64,000 nucleotides of DNA from Eledone cirrhosa. Lineage: Eukaryota. The DNA lies in assembly GCA_964016885.1 (NCBI GenBank), contig OZ024755.1, positions 20,150,001 through 20,214,000 on the forward strand. The letters are read 5' to 3'. Of this stretch, positions 27,266 to 41,870 are shown in pieces (within the stretch, counting starts at the first letter, position 1; each line of letters starts with the position of its first letter). The notes under the pieces are model-generated. The model was not told where the DNA came from, ran no database searches, and worked only from the letters and a program-made list of their open reading frames with translations. A program made the position numbers and the translations under genes.

Positions 27266-27269
<4 letters not shown>
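27132..27269 (-). mobile_element. Family C element
   Basis: Tail and long arm on minus; folds back exactly at the GGCTGAGCTCAGCC palindrome; flanked by (TA)n. Confidence 0.8.
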
Positions 27270-27310
<41 letters not shown>

Positions 27311-28037
27311 AATATTTAAAGAAATATATTAATAAAGCAAGGGAATCATAATGAAAGGTAAATCAATTAAAAAAAAAAAAAAAAAAAAAAAATGCAACTA
27401 AAAGAAATATTACCAAGCATGTAGTATTCATAAGGTGAACTCGTAAGAAATCCATATGTAATCTGTTGTGAGTAGCTCCATGTGAGAGAGGAGAAAAATC
27501 AACATGTATTGTCGGGAAAAGCTGTGGTTGTTTATTGACAGTAGAAAAGTAGGAAGCTAACATAGCAACATGAAATTATTCACATAATCATAGCAGTAAG
27601 CAGTTGTGAACATTTCAGCTCGGTGTTGAACAGTAAAAACTATTAGATTTTTGCCAACCGAGAAAATACTTTTGAAGAAGAATGCATATAGTAAAAGAGA
27701 GTTGATGTAAAATAAGCTAATACATTTTCAAGCTTGATGCATTAGAGTAAAAATGAATATGAGTATGAAACACTCAGCAGCAGAATCAGCAGCAAAAGCA
27801 GCAGCAGCAGCAGCAGTAACAGCAGCAGAAAGTAAACAACAGCGGCAAAAGAAACAACAGTAGCCGTAACTACAACACTAACAACAATAGTAAAGCGCGG
27901 GAGCCTCTACATGGTCATTTTGCTTGTTGGAAATAGCAGTGACATTAGGAGAGAAGTAAGGAGTCGAGGATATACTCGTAACAAAATGTCAGAGCGGTTA
28001 TATATATATATATATAGGTATACTCGGTCAGATTTAT

Positions 28038-28233
28038 AATAATTGTTTCTACTTTTGGCACAAGGCCAGCAATTATCTCAGTGCATTACTGGTACTTTAT
28101 TTAATCGACCCCCCCCCCCCCCGTAAGGATGAAAGGCAAAGTTAACATCGGCAGGATTTGAACTCAGATCATAAAGGGACGTAGCCCTCTGCCGCAAAGC
28201 ATGACGTCTGACGCTCTACCGACTCTGCCAATC
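28038..28233 (-). mobile_element. SINE family A
   Basis: Consensus match with an internal poly-C expansion. Confidence 0.88.
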
Positions 28234-28334
28234 AGATTTATTATAATTAATTTTTACTACATTTAAAAAAAGAAAAATGATGTCCACTTTAGTGACCAGA
28301 GTAAGTTGTAAAAACAATGTTAGATGAGAAATAT

Positions 28335-28700
28335 TTGCAGCATCTGCAGCAGTAACATCAGCACTAACAGCAGCAGCACTAACAGCAGCAGCAAAAAAAA
28401 AAAAATACAAGTCCATAACCACAACCACCAACACAATAATAATAACAACAACAACAACACTATCAAAAAACAATACCGTCGCCGCCCATCACAACAGAAA
28501 CAACCGTAAAAGTATGAACAATGTCACCGTTAAAACCATTACCAACACTACCACCACCGCTAGCAACATCATCAACAACAACAACAACACCTGTAAAAGT
28601 ATCAACAACAACATCAACACCATCACAACTACCAACAACAGCTATAAACGTATAAGCAACAGCATCACCACCATCACTGTTAGCACCTACAACAAGAAAG
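28335..28700. repeat. Degenerate (CAG)/(CAA)/(CAC) trinucleotide field
   Basis: Seen directly; a similar (CAG)n run lies at 27775-27890. Confidence 0.85.
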
Positions 28701-28923
28701 ATTGCAGAAAAATATTTTTAAAATGTGTTGAAAAGTTTTTTTAATTCGTGTATAATACCTTATTTTGTAGGATTATTTAAAACAAATGAGTAAAGAAAAT
28801 ATATGTAAAATAATCACACACGAACACACAAACGTACATATATATATATACAAATACACATCTGTGTATGTGTTTATATATATAGAGAGAATGATAGGAG
28901 TATATATGTATTTATATTTCATT

Positions 28924-28959
<36 letters not shown>

Positions 28960-28963
<4 letters not shown>

Positions 28964-29148
28964 AACCAGTAAGACCCCGACGGCTGAGCTCAAGCCGTTT
29001 CGACGGCTAATTCAGAATTAGCCGTCGAAACGGCTTGAGCTCAGCCGTCGGGGTCCTACTCGTTCCTATCACCCACTCTACTACCCTAAGTATTGAGTAC
29101 TTTGGTGCGTTATGGTCCACCTGGTTCCTCACCACATTTCCTTCGTTA
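28960..29148 (+). mobile_element. Family C element
   Basis: Inverted arm 28960-29013, then forward arm and tail; flanked by (TA)n. Confidence 0.82.
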
Positions 29149-29271
29149 TATATATATATATATATAAAATATAAATATATATATATTTCTATCATTCTCT
29201 CTTTCCCTATCTGTATGTATACATAACGTATTTATATATATAAAATATAAATACATATATACTTCTCTCTC

Positions 29272-29311
<40 letters not shown>

Positions 29312-29389
29312 TTATTTATCAAGAGGGGTGCCCTAGCATTGCCTCAACCGGATGGCTGGAACAGGTAAAAGGGTAAAAAGTATATATAT

Positions 29390-29495
29390 AAGAGACCTAT
29401 AAATACCATACTTATTTTTTGATACCCAGATTCCTAATGATTTCTAAAGAATGAAACAGTTCTAGTCCTGTAGTATCTCATCTATATTAAAACGT
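29390..29495 (+). mobile_element. Family D element with mutated hammerhead core
   Basis: GATTC-CTAATGA(29434)-TTTCTAAAGAAT-GAAACAGTTCTAGTCCTGTA. Confidence 0.7.
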
Positions 29496-29515
29496 GTATA
29501 TATATATATATATAT

Positions 29516-29790
29516 AAAAGATGAAATCGAAAATGCAACTGGAGTCTTTTTAAAAAAAAAAATATTTATTTGGTTCCGTGACCGGTTTCGCAGTTCTTGT
29601 GCTTTTCAAAAGTAGAATTGAGATGGAGGGTCTGTGGTTCCTCCATCTCAACTCTACTTTTGAAAAGCACAAGAGCTGCTAAACCGGTAAAGGAACCAAA
29701 TAAATATATTTTTTATTTAAAAAAGACTCCAGTTGCATTTTCGATTTCATCTTTTTTCCTTATACTTTCACTCGTGTAGGACACCCAGTT
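29516..29790. mobile_element. Family E: ~115-bp-arm foldback with Penelope-type GAAACCGGTC
   Basis: Arms at 29516-29629 and 29640-29755. The reverse complement of the left arm contains CGAAACCGGTC (29580-29590) followed by AATAAA. Short one-sided tail. Confidence 0.75.
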
Positions 29791-29828
29791 TTTTTTTTCA
29801 TTTTGTAAAAAAACCTTACTTTCTAATA

Positions 29829-29864
<36 letters not shown>

Positions 29865-30059
29865 ATTTTGTATATATATATATATATATATACAAAATTA
29901 AGATAATCAAAATTATGGGTGTCATGCCAAAAAGACATGCGCCATATCACCCGCAAAATAAGCTCTCAGATTCTAACGAATTGGTCCGAACATTTTATAA
30001 TAACTAGAAATTGATTAATCAATTTTATAATAACTAGAAATTGTTAATCAATTTCTAGT

Positions 30060-30124
<65 letters not shown>

Positions 30125-30586
30125 AGTAGGCGTGCATGTCTCTGTGTGTGCACATGTGTATCTATGTATGTATATAAACACACACACACACACACACACT
30201 GCCCACATTATTTATATGTTACAATCTATATTTCAGCATGTTTATGTCTCGGGAACGTCTCTCGCAATGTACTGAGTTATACAAACTTATATATATGCTT
30301 GTGTGTGTGTGTAGGTGTGTATACACACGACCGTGTCTATATATATGAGTGTGTGTACATCCGACTATATGTGTATATATATATATATGGGGGGGGGGTT
30401 ATATATTCATGTTTAAATATGAAAACAACTGGATAAAAACGAGAAACTAAAATATTTATATATATATATATATACACATATACACCATTCATTTACATGT
30501 ATGTATTATCTATCTATCCATGTTTATAACCATCTCTGTATATATATATATATATATACACACTCACAGACACACAGCAGATATAG

Positions 30587-30701
30587 TCTGAGTTCAAATC
30601 CCGCCGAGGTTAACTTTGCATTTCATCCTTACGAGGTCGATTAAAATAAAGTACCCGTAATGTACTGGGATAATTGCTGGTATTGTGCCAAAAGTAGAAA
30701 C
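30587..30701 (+). mobile_element. 5'-truncated SINE family A
   Basis: Starts at the B box CTGAGTTCAAATCCCGCC. Confidence 0.85.
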
Positions 30702-30732
30702 GTGGATGAGTGTGTATGTATGTTCATGTGTG

Positions 30733-30780
<48 letters not shown>

Positions 30781-30809
30781 TACATACATACACACACATA
30801 CACATATAT

Positions 30810-31010
30810 TTTTAAATATAGATGAAATTCTACAGGACTAGAACGGTTTCATTCTTGAGAAATCATCAGGAATCAGGATTCCTGATGATTTCTCAAGAAT
30901 GAAACAGTTCTAGTCCTGTAGAATCTCATCTAAATTAAAACTTGTATACTCTACTATGTATTGAGTACCTTACTTACTGTGGTGACCTCCGATTCAACCC
31001 GGAATAACTT
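30810..31010 (+). mobile_element. Family D element: inverted arms (30810-30874 / 30877-30940) plus 70-nt tail
   Basis: The arms are reverse complements with few mismatches, and each contains a hammerhead motif. Confidence 0.85.
30877..30925 (+). ncRNA. Putative type-I hammerhead ribozyme
   Basis: Stem I GATTC/GAATC; CTGATGA 30882-30888; short stem II TTC-TCAA-GAA with a U.U closing mismatch; GAAA 30901-30904; stem III ACAG/CTGT in near-palindromic ACAGTTCTAGTCCTGT; cleavage triplet GTA 30918-30920. Confidence 0.7.
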
Positions 31011-31011
31011 A

Positions 31012-31046
<35 letters not shown>

Positions 31047-31048
<2 letters not shown>

Positions 31049-31359
31049 TGGTGGCTGCCAACTCGTTTTCGAGAATGGCCACAACTTTATATCCATGTAG
31101 GAGAATCCCTACCGATGTGCTGAACGAGTGTGATCCTTTAGTCCAGCCAGCTACTTGAAAACTGGTACAAACACTACACTTGTGACAATAATTGACACAT
31201 AGTGCTGGGCCCATGGTACCATGTGACGACAAGTGCAGAGAGATCTCCAGATATAAAGCAATGCCTGTGCCGTGAAGCTTTTATAGTGAGCAAAGGCACT
31301 GCACAAAGCCAGTCCCACTCTCTTAACCAAGATGATATTGACTTGTTCTTCTTTTTGGT

Positions 31360-31361
<2 letters not shown>
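31047..31361 (-). mobile_element. RTE-derived non-autonomous element (family R) with a short 5' inversion
   Basis: Highly similar to 41871-42180 and 53590-53900; the last ~24 nt are inverted relative to 42158-42181. Confidence 0.8.
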
Positions 31362-31399
<38 letters not shown>

Positions 31400-31633
31400 C
31401 ACATACAGAAACGCGCGGACATACCCCAGTATGGCCTCAGCTCCTCGGCTGTAACATGTAATTGAGTAAACACAGTAGAGTCAGAGAAAGGGTGTATGAT
31501 ATGAGAATACGTGCATTTCTTGTGAGTCCGAGGGTATGCCTGATTAAGTTAATTATATATTAAATGACAAAGGTCATAGGGTTACAGAGTAGGCATGCCT
31601 TGGTTATCATAGATCACTTCACTATATTTACTG

Positions 31634-32770
<1,137 letters not shown>

Positions 32771-32789
32771 ACTCTTTTCCTAACCTATT

Positions 32790-32856
32790 TACTCCCGAAG
32801 AAGGGCTTATGCCCGAAACGCCCCCCCCCCCCTCAAAAGCGTGAACCTAATAAACC
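32790..32856 (+). ncRNA. Degenerate hammerhead motif of Penelope type
   Basis: CCGAAGA-A-GGGC-TTAT-GCCC-GAAACG, then AATAAA. The core has a T>C change and stem III is disrupted by poly-C. Confidence 0.45.
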
Positions 32857-32897
32857 TTTATTTGTCTGCCTCTCTGTTTTGTTCCCGTATAAATTTG

Positions 32898-32942
<45 letters not shown>

Positions 32943-33439
32943 TATGTATGTGTATATATGCATGCATATAATATATAAAAACGTGTGTGTGAGTGTATGT
33001 ATGTATAAATTGATGGATACATGTATAAATATATGTCAAAAGAACAAGAGTAAAGTTAATATAATAGCAACAAAAAACATGACAAACAAACAAAATTCTA
33101 CACACTATTAAACAAACAAAACAACAAACAACAAACAACAAAAGAAAAACAGAAACAACAAACAAAGAAAGAAGGTAAAAAAGAAAACACTTGTTACTCA
33201 CCTCATGGTATAGAAAATTACGGTGTGTATATATAGGAGGAAGTGGGTGGGGGAGACATCATTGAGGATGCCAAACTATGTTATGGAAGGCCAGTTTTGA
33301 GAAACTATGTTATGGAAGGCCAGAGATAGTAAGATCTCTAATGATGAGTGGAATACTAGCATATATGTGTTCATGCCTGTTTAAGAATAAGTGTGCGTGC
33401 GTGTGTAAGTGTGCGCCGCTGCCAAGGTATGTGGGCCGA

Positions 33440-34400
33440 GGTGTGTGTAAGCCAATGTGTGTGTAAGCCAATGTGTATGTAAGCCAAGGTATGTGTGTAA
33501 ACCAATGTGTGTGTAAGCCAATGTGTGTGTAAACCAATGTGTGTGTAAGTCAACGCGTCTGCGATGGTCTGTGTGTGTGTGTGCAAGTACCGGTGAGTGC
33601 GTATGCGTGTGTGTGTGCAAGCAATGGTGTGTGCGTGTGTGTGCAAGCACGGGTGTGTGTATGCAAGCACGGGTGTGTGTGTGCAAGCACGGGTGCGTGT
33701 GTGTGTGTGTGTGTGTGCAAGAACGGGTGCGCGCGTGTGTGTGTGTGCAAGAACGGGTGCGCGCGTGTTCGGGTGTGCGTATGCGTGCAAGCAGTGGTGC
33801 GTGTGTGTGTGTGTGCGTGTAAGTTAGCTTATCTGTAGTAGTCAATGTGTGCATGTCAATGTTTTTCCGTGTGTGTTTGCGTGTGTGTGTGTGCGCGTGT
33901 GTGCGAGCGTGTGTGTGTGAGCGTGTGTTTGCGTGTGTTTGTGTGTGTTTTCGTGCGTTTAGGTGTGTGTGTGTATGTGTACGTGAGCTTATCTGTAGTG
34001 GTATGGGTGTGCATGCACGGATGTATGAGCACAAGTGTGTGTACCATTGTGTGCATGTGTGTAAGACAGAGTGTATGTGGTGTCTTAGTACGTGCGTGCG
34101 TGCGTCTCAGTGTCTGTATGTATGTCAGTGTGTGTGTGTGCAAGCACGGGTGTATGTGTATGTCAGCGTCTCTGAGGGCGTGCGTGTGCGTGCGTGCGTG
34201 CGTGCGTGTATGTGTATGTATGTCAGCGTGTCTGAAGTATGTGCGGGTGTGTCAGCGTGTCTCTGGTGGTCTGTATGTACCAGTGTGTATGTATGTACTA
34301 GTATGTATATGTATGTGTAAGTCAGCGTGTATGTGTGTACTAGTATGTATATGTAACTCAGCGTGTATGTGTTTACTAGTATGTATATGTAACTCAGTGT
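33440..34400. repeat. (GT)n-derived complex repeats (16-bp GTGTGTGTAAGCCAAT; GCAAGCACGG(GT)n)
   Basis: Seen directly. Confidence 0.9.
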
Positions 34401-36312
34401 GTATGTGTGTACCAGTATGTATATGTATGTGTCAGCAAGGGTATGTGTGTACCAGTATGTGTATGTATGTACCAGCTAGGGTATGTGTGTACCAGTATGT
34501 GTATGTATGTACCAGCAAGGGTATGTGTGTACCAGTATGTGTATGTATGTACCAGCTAGGGTATGTGTGTACCAGTATGTGTATGTGTGTACCAGTATGT
34601 GTATGTATGTACCAGCAAGGGTATGTGTGTACCAGTATGTGTATGTATATGCCAGCAAGGGTATGTGTGTACCAGGATGTGTATGTACCAGCAAGGGTAT
34701 GTGTGTACCAGTATGTGTATGTATGTACCAGCAAGGGTATGTGTGTACCAGGATGTGTATAAATGTACCAGCAAGGGTATGTGTGTACCAGTATGTATAT
34801 GTATGTACCAGCAAGGGTATGTGTGTACCAGGATGTGTATGAATGTACCAGCAAGGGTATGTGTGTACCAGTATGTATATGTATGTACCAGCTAGGGTAT
34901 GTGTGTACCAGTATGTGTATGTATGTACCAGCAAGGGTATGTGTGTACCAGTATGTGTATGTATGTACCAGCAAGGGTATGTGTGTACCAGTATGTGTAT
35001 GAATGTACCAGCAAGGGTATGTGTGTACCAGTATGTGTATGAATGTACCAGCTAGGGTATGTGTGTACCAGTATGTGTATGTATGTACCAGCTAGGGTAT
35101 GTGTGTACCAGTATGTGTATGTATGTACCAGCAAGGGTATGTGTGTACCAGTATGCGTATGTATGTACCAGCTAGGGTATGTGTGTACCACTATGTGTAT
35201 GAATGTACCAGCTAGGGTATGTGTGTACCAGTATGTGTATGTATGTGTCAGCAAGGGTATGTGTGTACCAGTATGTATATGTATATGCCAGCAAGGGTAT
35301 GTGTGTACCAGTATGTGTATGAATGTACCAGCAAGGGTATGTGTGTACCAGTATGTGTATGTATGTACCAGCTAGGGTATGTGTGTACCAGTATGTGTAT
35401 GAATGTACCAGCAAGGGTATGTGTGTACCAGTATGTGTATGTATGTACCAGCTAGGGTATGTGTGTACCAGTATGTATATGTATGTGCCAGCAAGGGTAT
35501 GTGTGTACCAGTATGTATATGTATGTACCAGCAAGGGTATGTGTGTACCAGTATGTATATGTATGTACCAGCAAGGGTATGTGTGTACCAGTATGTGTAT
35601 GTATGTACCAGCAAGGGTATGTGTGTACCAGTATGTGTATGTATGTACCAGCTAGGGTATGTGTGTACCAGTATGTATATGTATGTGCCAGCAAGGGTAT
35701 GTGTGTACCAGTATGTGTATGAATGTACCAGCAAGGGTATGTGTGTACCAGTATGTGTATGTATGTACCAGCAAGGGTATGTGTGTACCAGTATGTGTAT
35801 GTGTGTACCAGCAAGGTTATGTGTGTACCAGTATGTGTATGTGTGTACCAGTATGTGTATGTATGTACCAGCAAGGTTATGTGTGTACCAGGATGTGTAT
35901 GTACCAGCAAGGGTATGTGTGTACCAGTATGTGTATGTATGTACCAGCAAGGGTATGTGTGTACCAGTATGTATATGTATGCACCAGCAAGGGTATGTGT
36001 GTACCAGTATGTGTATGAATGTACCAGCAAGGGTATGTGTGTACCAGTATGTGTATGTATGTACCAGCAAGAGTACGTGTGTACCAGTATGTGTATGTAT
36101 GTACCAGCAAGGGTATGTGTGTACCAGTATGTGTATGTATGTACCAGCTAGGGTATGTGTATACCAGTATGTGTATGTATGTGTCAGCACGGGTATGTGT
36201 GTACCAGTATGTATATATATGTACCAGCAAGGGTATGTGTGTACCAGTATGTGTATGAATGTACCAGCAAGGGTATGTGTGTACCAGTATGTATATGTAA
36301 GCACGGGTATGT
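34400..36312. repeat. 40-bp minisatellite, about 47 copies
   Basis: Unit GTATGTGTGTACCAGTATGTGTATGTATGTACCAGCAAGG, with GCTAGG and GAATG variants. Confidence 0.97.
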
Positions 36313-36551
36313 AAGACTGGTGTTAGCGTGTTTCATTCAACAAGCGAGAGTACAAACAACACTGCATCAGTTATGGCAGTTTTGTCTCAAAACGGGTCAA
36401 ACTAGATATTATTAGCAAATCACTGGAAATGTGTTTCTTCCTCATTTTTATTATTTTTTATCCTAAACTTAATATGTAATTAGAAATACTTCCCTTGCTT
36501 AAACTTTTACTTTCATACGACTAAGATTCTATCATATATATACATCATATA

Positions 36552-36703
36552 CAGTAAAATTCTCTTATAATGAAATTCACGGGGTATAGAAAAAATTCGT
36601 TGTAACTAAAAATTCTTTATAACGAGATGGACCTCATACATTGAGCATGTGGCTGGGGTTGAAAAAATTTCGTTATACTGAAAAATTCATACAAACGGAA
36701 TTA
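36552..36703 (+). mobile_element. Degenerate Tc1/mariner (pogo/Tigger-like) MITE
   Basis: Starts TA|CAGTAAAATTCTCTTATAATGAA, with repeated TATAACGA/TTCGTTATA subterminal motifs; the right TIR is eroded. Confidence 0.5.
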
Positions 36704-36738
36704 TATATATATGCGTGTGCGTGTGTATAATAATAAAA

Positions 36739-36903
36739 AATAATTGTTTCTACGTTTGGCACAAGGCCAGCAATTACTCAGTACATTACTGGTACTTTAT
36801 TTTATCGACCCCGTAAGGATGAAAGGCAAAATTAACCTCGGCGGGATTTGAAATCAGATCATAAAGAGACATAACTACGCTAGAAAGCATGTTCGACCCT
36901 CTA
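36739..36903 (-). mobile_element. SINE family A, head eroded
   Basis: Tail, core and B box present. Confidence 0.85.
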
Positions 36904-37214
36904 TTCCTGAAAAATAATAATAATAATTAACTCTACATATTATAAATATGTTTGAGTAACTCATTAATTAAGTACTTCATTTTTTTTTTCAATAAAAATT
37001 AACTAATGTATATATATATATGTATGTGTGTATGCAACAAGTATATATATATATATGTATGCGTTTGTCTGGCTGCGAGTGTTTGTTATGTTTCCGCGTA
37101 TTTCTGTTTGTGAGTGTATGTATGCAATGAGTGCGTATATGTATGTGTGCAGCGTGTGTGTGTATATATATATATATGTGTGTGTTTGTGTGTGAGTGTG
37201 TAGATATATATATG

Positions 37215-37285
<71 letters not shown>

Positions 37286-37873
37286 AGATATATATATGTA
37301 GATATATATATATATATATGTGTAGATATATGTAGATATATATATATATATATATATGTTTGTGCGTGTGTGTGATTGCGAGTGTTTGTATATTTGCGTA
37401 TACTTGTGTGTGTGTGCGCGTGTGTATGCAACAAGTTTAAAGTATCAGTTGAATATAAAACTCGTATGAGTTCTGCAGTGAAACATATTTTTCTTTATAA
37501 ATCGTCAAACATATTAGAAACCATCGATCTATTTGGTTTTTGCAAAAGCCACTAATTTCAGAGGTTACAGGTCACTAGTATTGTCACTAAAACCCGAAAC
37601 ATAACCTTCCACCTCTGCATATAATTAGTGTACAACATGAATTCTGTGACTATATAGTAACTATATATGTAGCAGTAGTCCGACTGCCAACTGTATATTC
37701 TGCACAATTTACTGTTATCAAGTGCCACTGTCGATTCTACCGTCTCTTCCACTCAGTCTGTTTGTCGGTAAACAATATATTATATACTAGTTGGTACTAT
37801 TTGGCAAAATGACTGTAATTCTAAACAAAATGTTTCTTAATATTTTTTTAATTCACACATACGATGACAAATA

Positions 37874-37954
<81 letters not shown>

Positions 37955-38159
37955 GTCTGCATGCGTGTGTATAGAGTTATACTTACACACACACACACAC
38001 ATACACATACAAACCTACTCAAATGTGTATGTGTGTGTGTATGTATGTATATATATATATATAGAGATATAGATATACTTGTGTGTGTATATATTAAACT
38101 ATATACAATTAAATATGTATGCAGCTGTACATATAAATAGATAACTCAAAACGTGCATA

Positions 38160-38162
38160 CTT

Positions 38163-38202
<40 letters not shown>

Positions 38203-38280
38203 GCATATATATATATATATACATATATATATATGCATATATATACATATATATATACATATATATACATATATATATAC

Positions 38281-38315
<35 letters not shown>

Positions 38316-39618
38316 CACATGTATATACATATATATAAATATATATAAATATATATACATATATACATATATATAAATATATATACATATATATAAATAT
38401 ATATACATATATATAAATATATATACATATATATAAATATATATACATATATATAAATATATATATACATATATACATATATACATATACATATATACAT
38501 ATATACATATACATATATATATATATACATATACACATATATACATATATACATATACATATATATATATATACATATACACATATATACATATACATAT
38601 ATATACATATATACATATACACATATATACATATACATATATATACATATATACATATACATATATACATATATATATATATACATATATACATATATAT
38701 ACATATACATATACACACATACATATATACGTATATACATACATATATACGTATATACATACATATATACGTATATACATACATATATACATATACACAT
38801 ATACACATACACATATACACATATATATATACACATATATATATACACATATATATATATACACACATATATATATATATACACATATATATATATACAC
38901 ACATATATATATATATACACATATATATATATATACACATATATATATACACATATATATATATACACATATATATATATACACATATATATATACACAC
39001 ATATATATATACACACATATATATATATACACATATATATATATACACATATATATATACACATATATATATATACACATATATATATACACATATATAT
39101 ATATACACATATATATATACACATATATATATACACATATATATATACACACATATATATACACATACATATATACATATATATATACATATACATATAC
39201 ATATACATATATAAATACATATACATATACATATACATATATAAATACATATATAAATACATATATATATACATATACATATATAAATACATATATATAT
39301 ACATATACATATACATATATATATACATATACATATATATACATATATATATACATATACATATACATATATACATATATATATATACATATACATATAT
39401 ATATATACATATACATATATACATATATATATATACATATACATATATACATATATATATATACATATACATATATACATATATATATATACATATACAT
39501 ATATACATATATATATATACATATATATATATACATATACATATATACATATATATATATACATATACATATATACATATATATATATACATATACATAT
39601 ATACATATATATATACAC

Positions 39619-39665
<47 letters not shown>

Positions 39666-39736
39666 CATATATATATATACATATATATATATACATATAT
39701 ATATATACATATACATATATACATATATATATACAC

Positions 39737-39785
<49 letters not shown>

Positions 39786-39798
39786 CATATATATATAT
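38160..39798. repeat. Large (CATATA/TA)n microsatellite array
   Basis: About 1.6 kb composed almost entirely of A/T/C on the plus strand. Confidence 0.97.
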
Positions 39799-39799
39799 C

Positions 39800-41143
39800 C
39801 AGCATGGATTCCGTAATGGAAGGGATTGCCTGACGCAACTACTGCATCACTTTGATGACATTTTGAGAGCCTTGGGAGAGGGTTCCCACACTGATGTTAT
39901 CTACCTTGATTTCAGCAAGGCCTTTGACAGGGTTGATCATAACATTCTACTGAGAAAGCTGTCCAATATTGGTGTCACTGGAAAGCTGCTGCAGTGGATC
40001 AAGAGCTTCCTGTCAAACAGAACCCAACATGTTGTAGTTGAGGGAGTCAAATCAAGCCCAGCCAAAGTCAGTAGTGGAGTCCCACAAGGCACTGTGTTGG
40101 GCCCACTTCTCTTCATCATCTATATTAATGACATCACTGACATCATCAAACACAGCAACATTAAAATTTTCGCTGATGATTCCAAGCTCCAAAAGGTCAT
40201 CAATGGCGTGGATGACCGGATAAGCCTTCAGTCAGACCTTCTGGCTGTTACCCAATGGGCAGAAAAGAACAACATGTTACTGAACGAAGACAAATTCGAA
40301 CTGATCCACTTTGGAAAAGAGGATGCTCTGAAACTCCCGTACTCCCTTCCCTCCGGGGAAACTCTCGTGGCATCTAACAACATCAGAGACTTGGGAGTAA
40401 CCGTGGACAGCAACATAAGCTGAACCACGCATATAAGCAGCAAAGTTGACATGGCCCGCAGAATGTGTTCCTGGATCCTCAGAACCTTCCAGTCGAGAGA
40501 TTCCCGCACCATTATCCTTCTCTTCTCTACTTTCGCCCGACCACACCTTGAATACTGTTGTCCACTGTGGTCTCCCCACACGAAACAAAGTATCATGAAA
40601 CTTGAAGATCCTCAAAGGGCAATCACGAAAAAGATAGATGGCATGTCAGACCTTGACTACTGGGGTCGATTAGAAAACCTGAAACTTTACTCACTCCAAC
40701 GTCGCCGTGAGCGTTATATTATTTGCATGATGTGGAAAATGTTCCATCATCACTGCCCAAATGATGTTGGCATCGCCTTCAAGATACACCCAAGGCTTGG
40801 GCCCCGTGCTATCCGTCCCATTCAAAAATCTAAATCGCAACTCATAACAACAATACGGCACAATTATTTCACCTCAATCGGCCCTGCTCTCTTCAACATC
40901 ACACCAGGACACGTCAAAACAGAAACTGACCACACAAAATTCAAGAAGTCTTTGGACAAATTCCTCCAAGTAATCCCGGACAAACCACCCACACCCGGAT
41001 ATGTCTCCGCAAACAGTAATTCTCTTCTCGAATGGGCCATGGTGCCCAAATTCTGAATTGAAAGACTTCGCCAGGTGGTGCTATTAAGTTAGACATCGCC
41101 TGGGCCAATACTTGCCAAAACATTTCAAAGTTATTCAAAGTTA
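39800..41143 (+). mobile_element. 5'-truncated CR1/L2-group LINE (reverse transcriptase and C-terminus), single premature stop
   Basis: One frame from 39800 to 41056: [67 protein letters not shown] single TGA at 40421-40423 falls where Trp is expected. Short 3' UTR ending (TTCAAAGTTA)2. Confidence 0.93.
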
Positions 41144-41803
41144 CACATATATACACATATATACATATATATACATATATACATATATATGCATATATAC
41201 ATATATATACATATATATACATATATACATATATATACATATATATACATATGTATATGTATGTATATGTATATATGTATATATATGTATATATGTATAT
41301 ATATGTATATATGTATATATATGTATATATATGTATATATGTATATATATGTATATATATGTATATATGTATATATGTGTATATATCTATATATGTGTAT
41401 ATATGTATATATGTGTATATATGTATATATGTGTATATATGTATATACATATATACATATATACATATATATACACATATATACATATATACATATATAC
41501 ACATATATACATATATACACATATATACATATATATACATATATACATATATACATATATATACATATATACATATATATACATATATACATATACATAC
41601 ATATACTTATATATACATACATATATATACATATATATACATATATATACATATATATACATATATATACATATATATACATATATATACATATATATAC
41701 ATATATATACATATATATACATATATACATATACATGTATATATATACATATATACATATATATACATATAAAGATATATATACATATATACATATACAT
41801 GTA

Positions 41804-41835
<32 letters not shown>

Positions 41836-41870
41836 CATTTATATATACATATACATATATATATATATAT
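41144..41870. repeat. (CATATA)n array with an internal inverted (TATATG)n block
   Basis: Strand polarity flips at about 41250 and back at about 41445. Confidence 0.92.

Noticed and set aside
39863-41056. Two separate genes (186 aa and 201 aa)
   Set aside because: They are the same reading frame split by one TGA and form one truncated LINE ORF.
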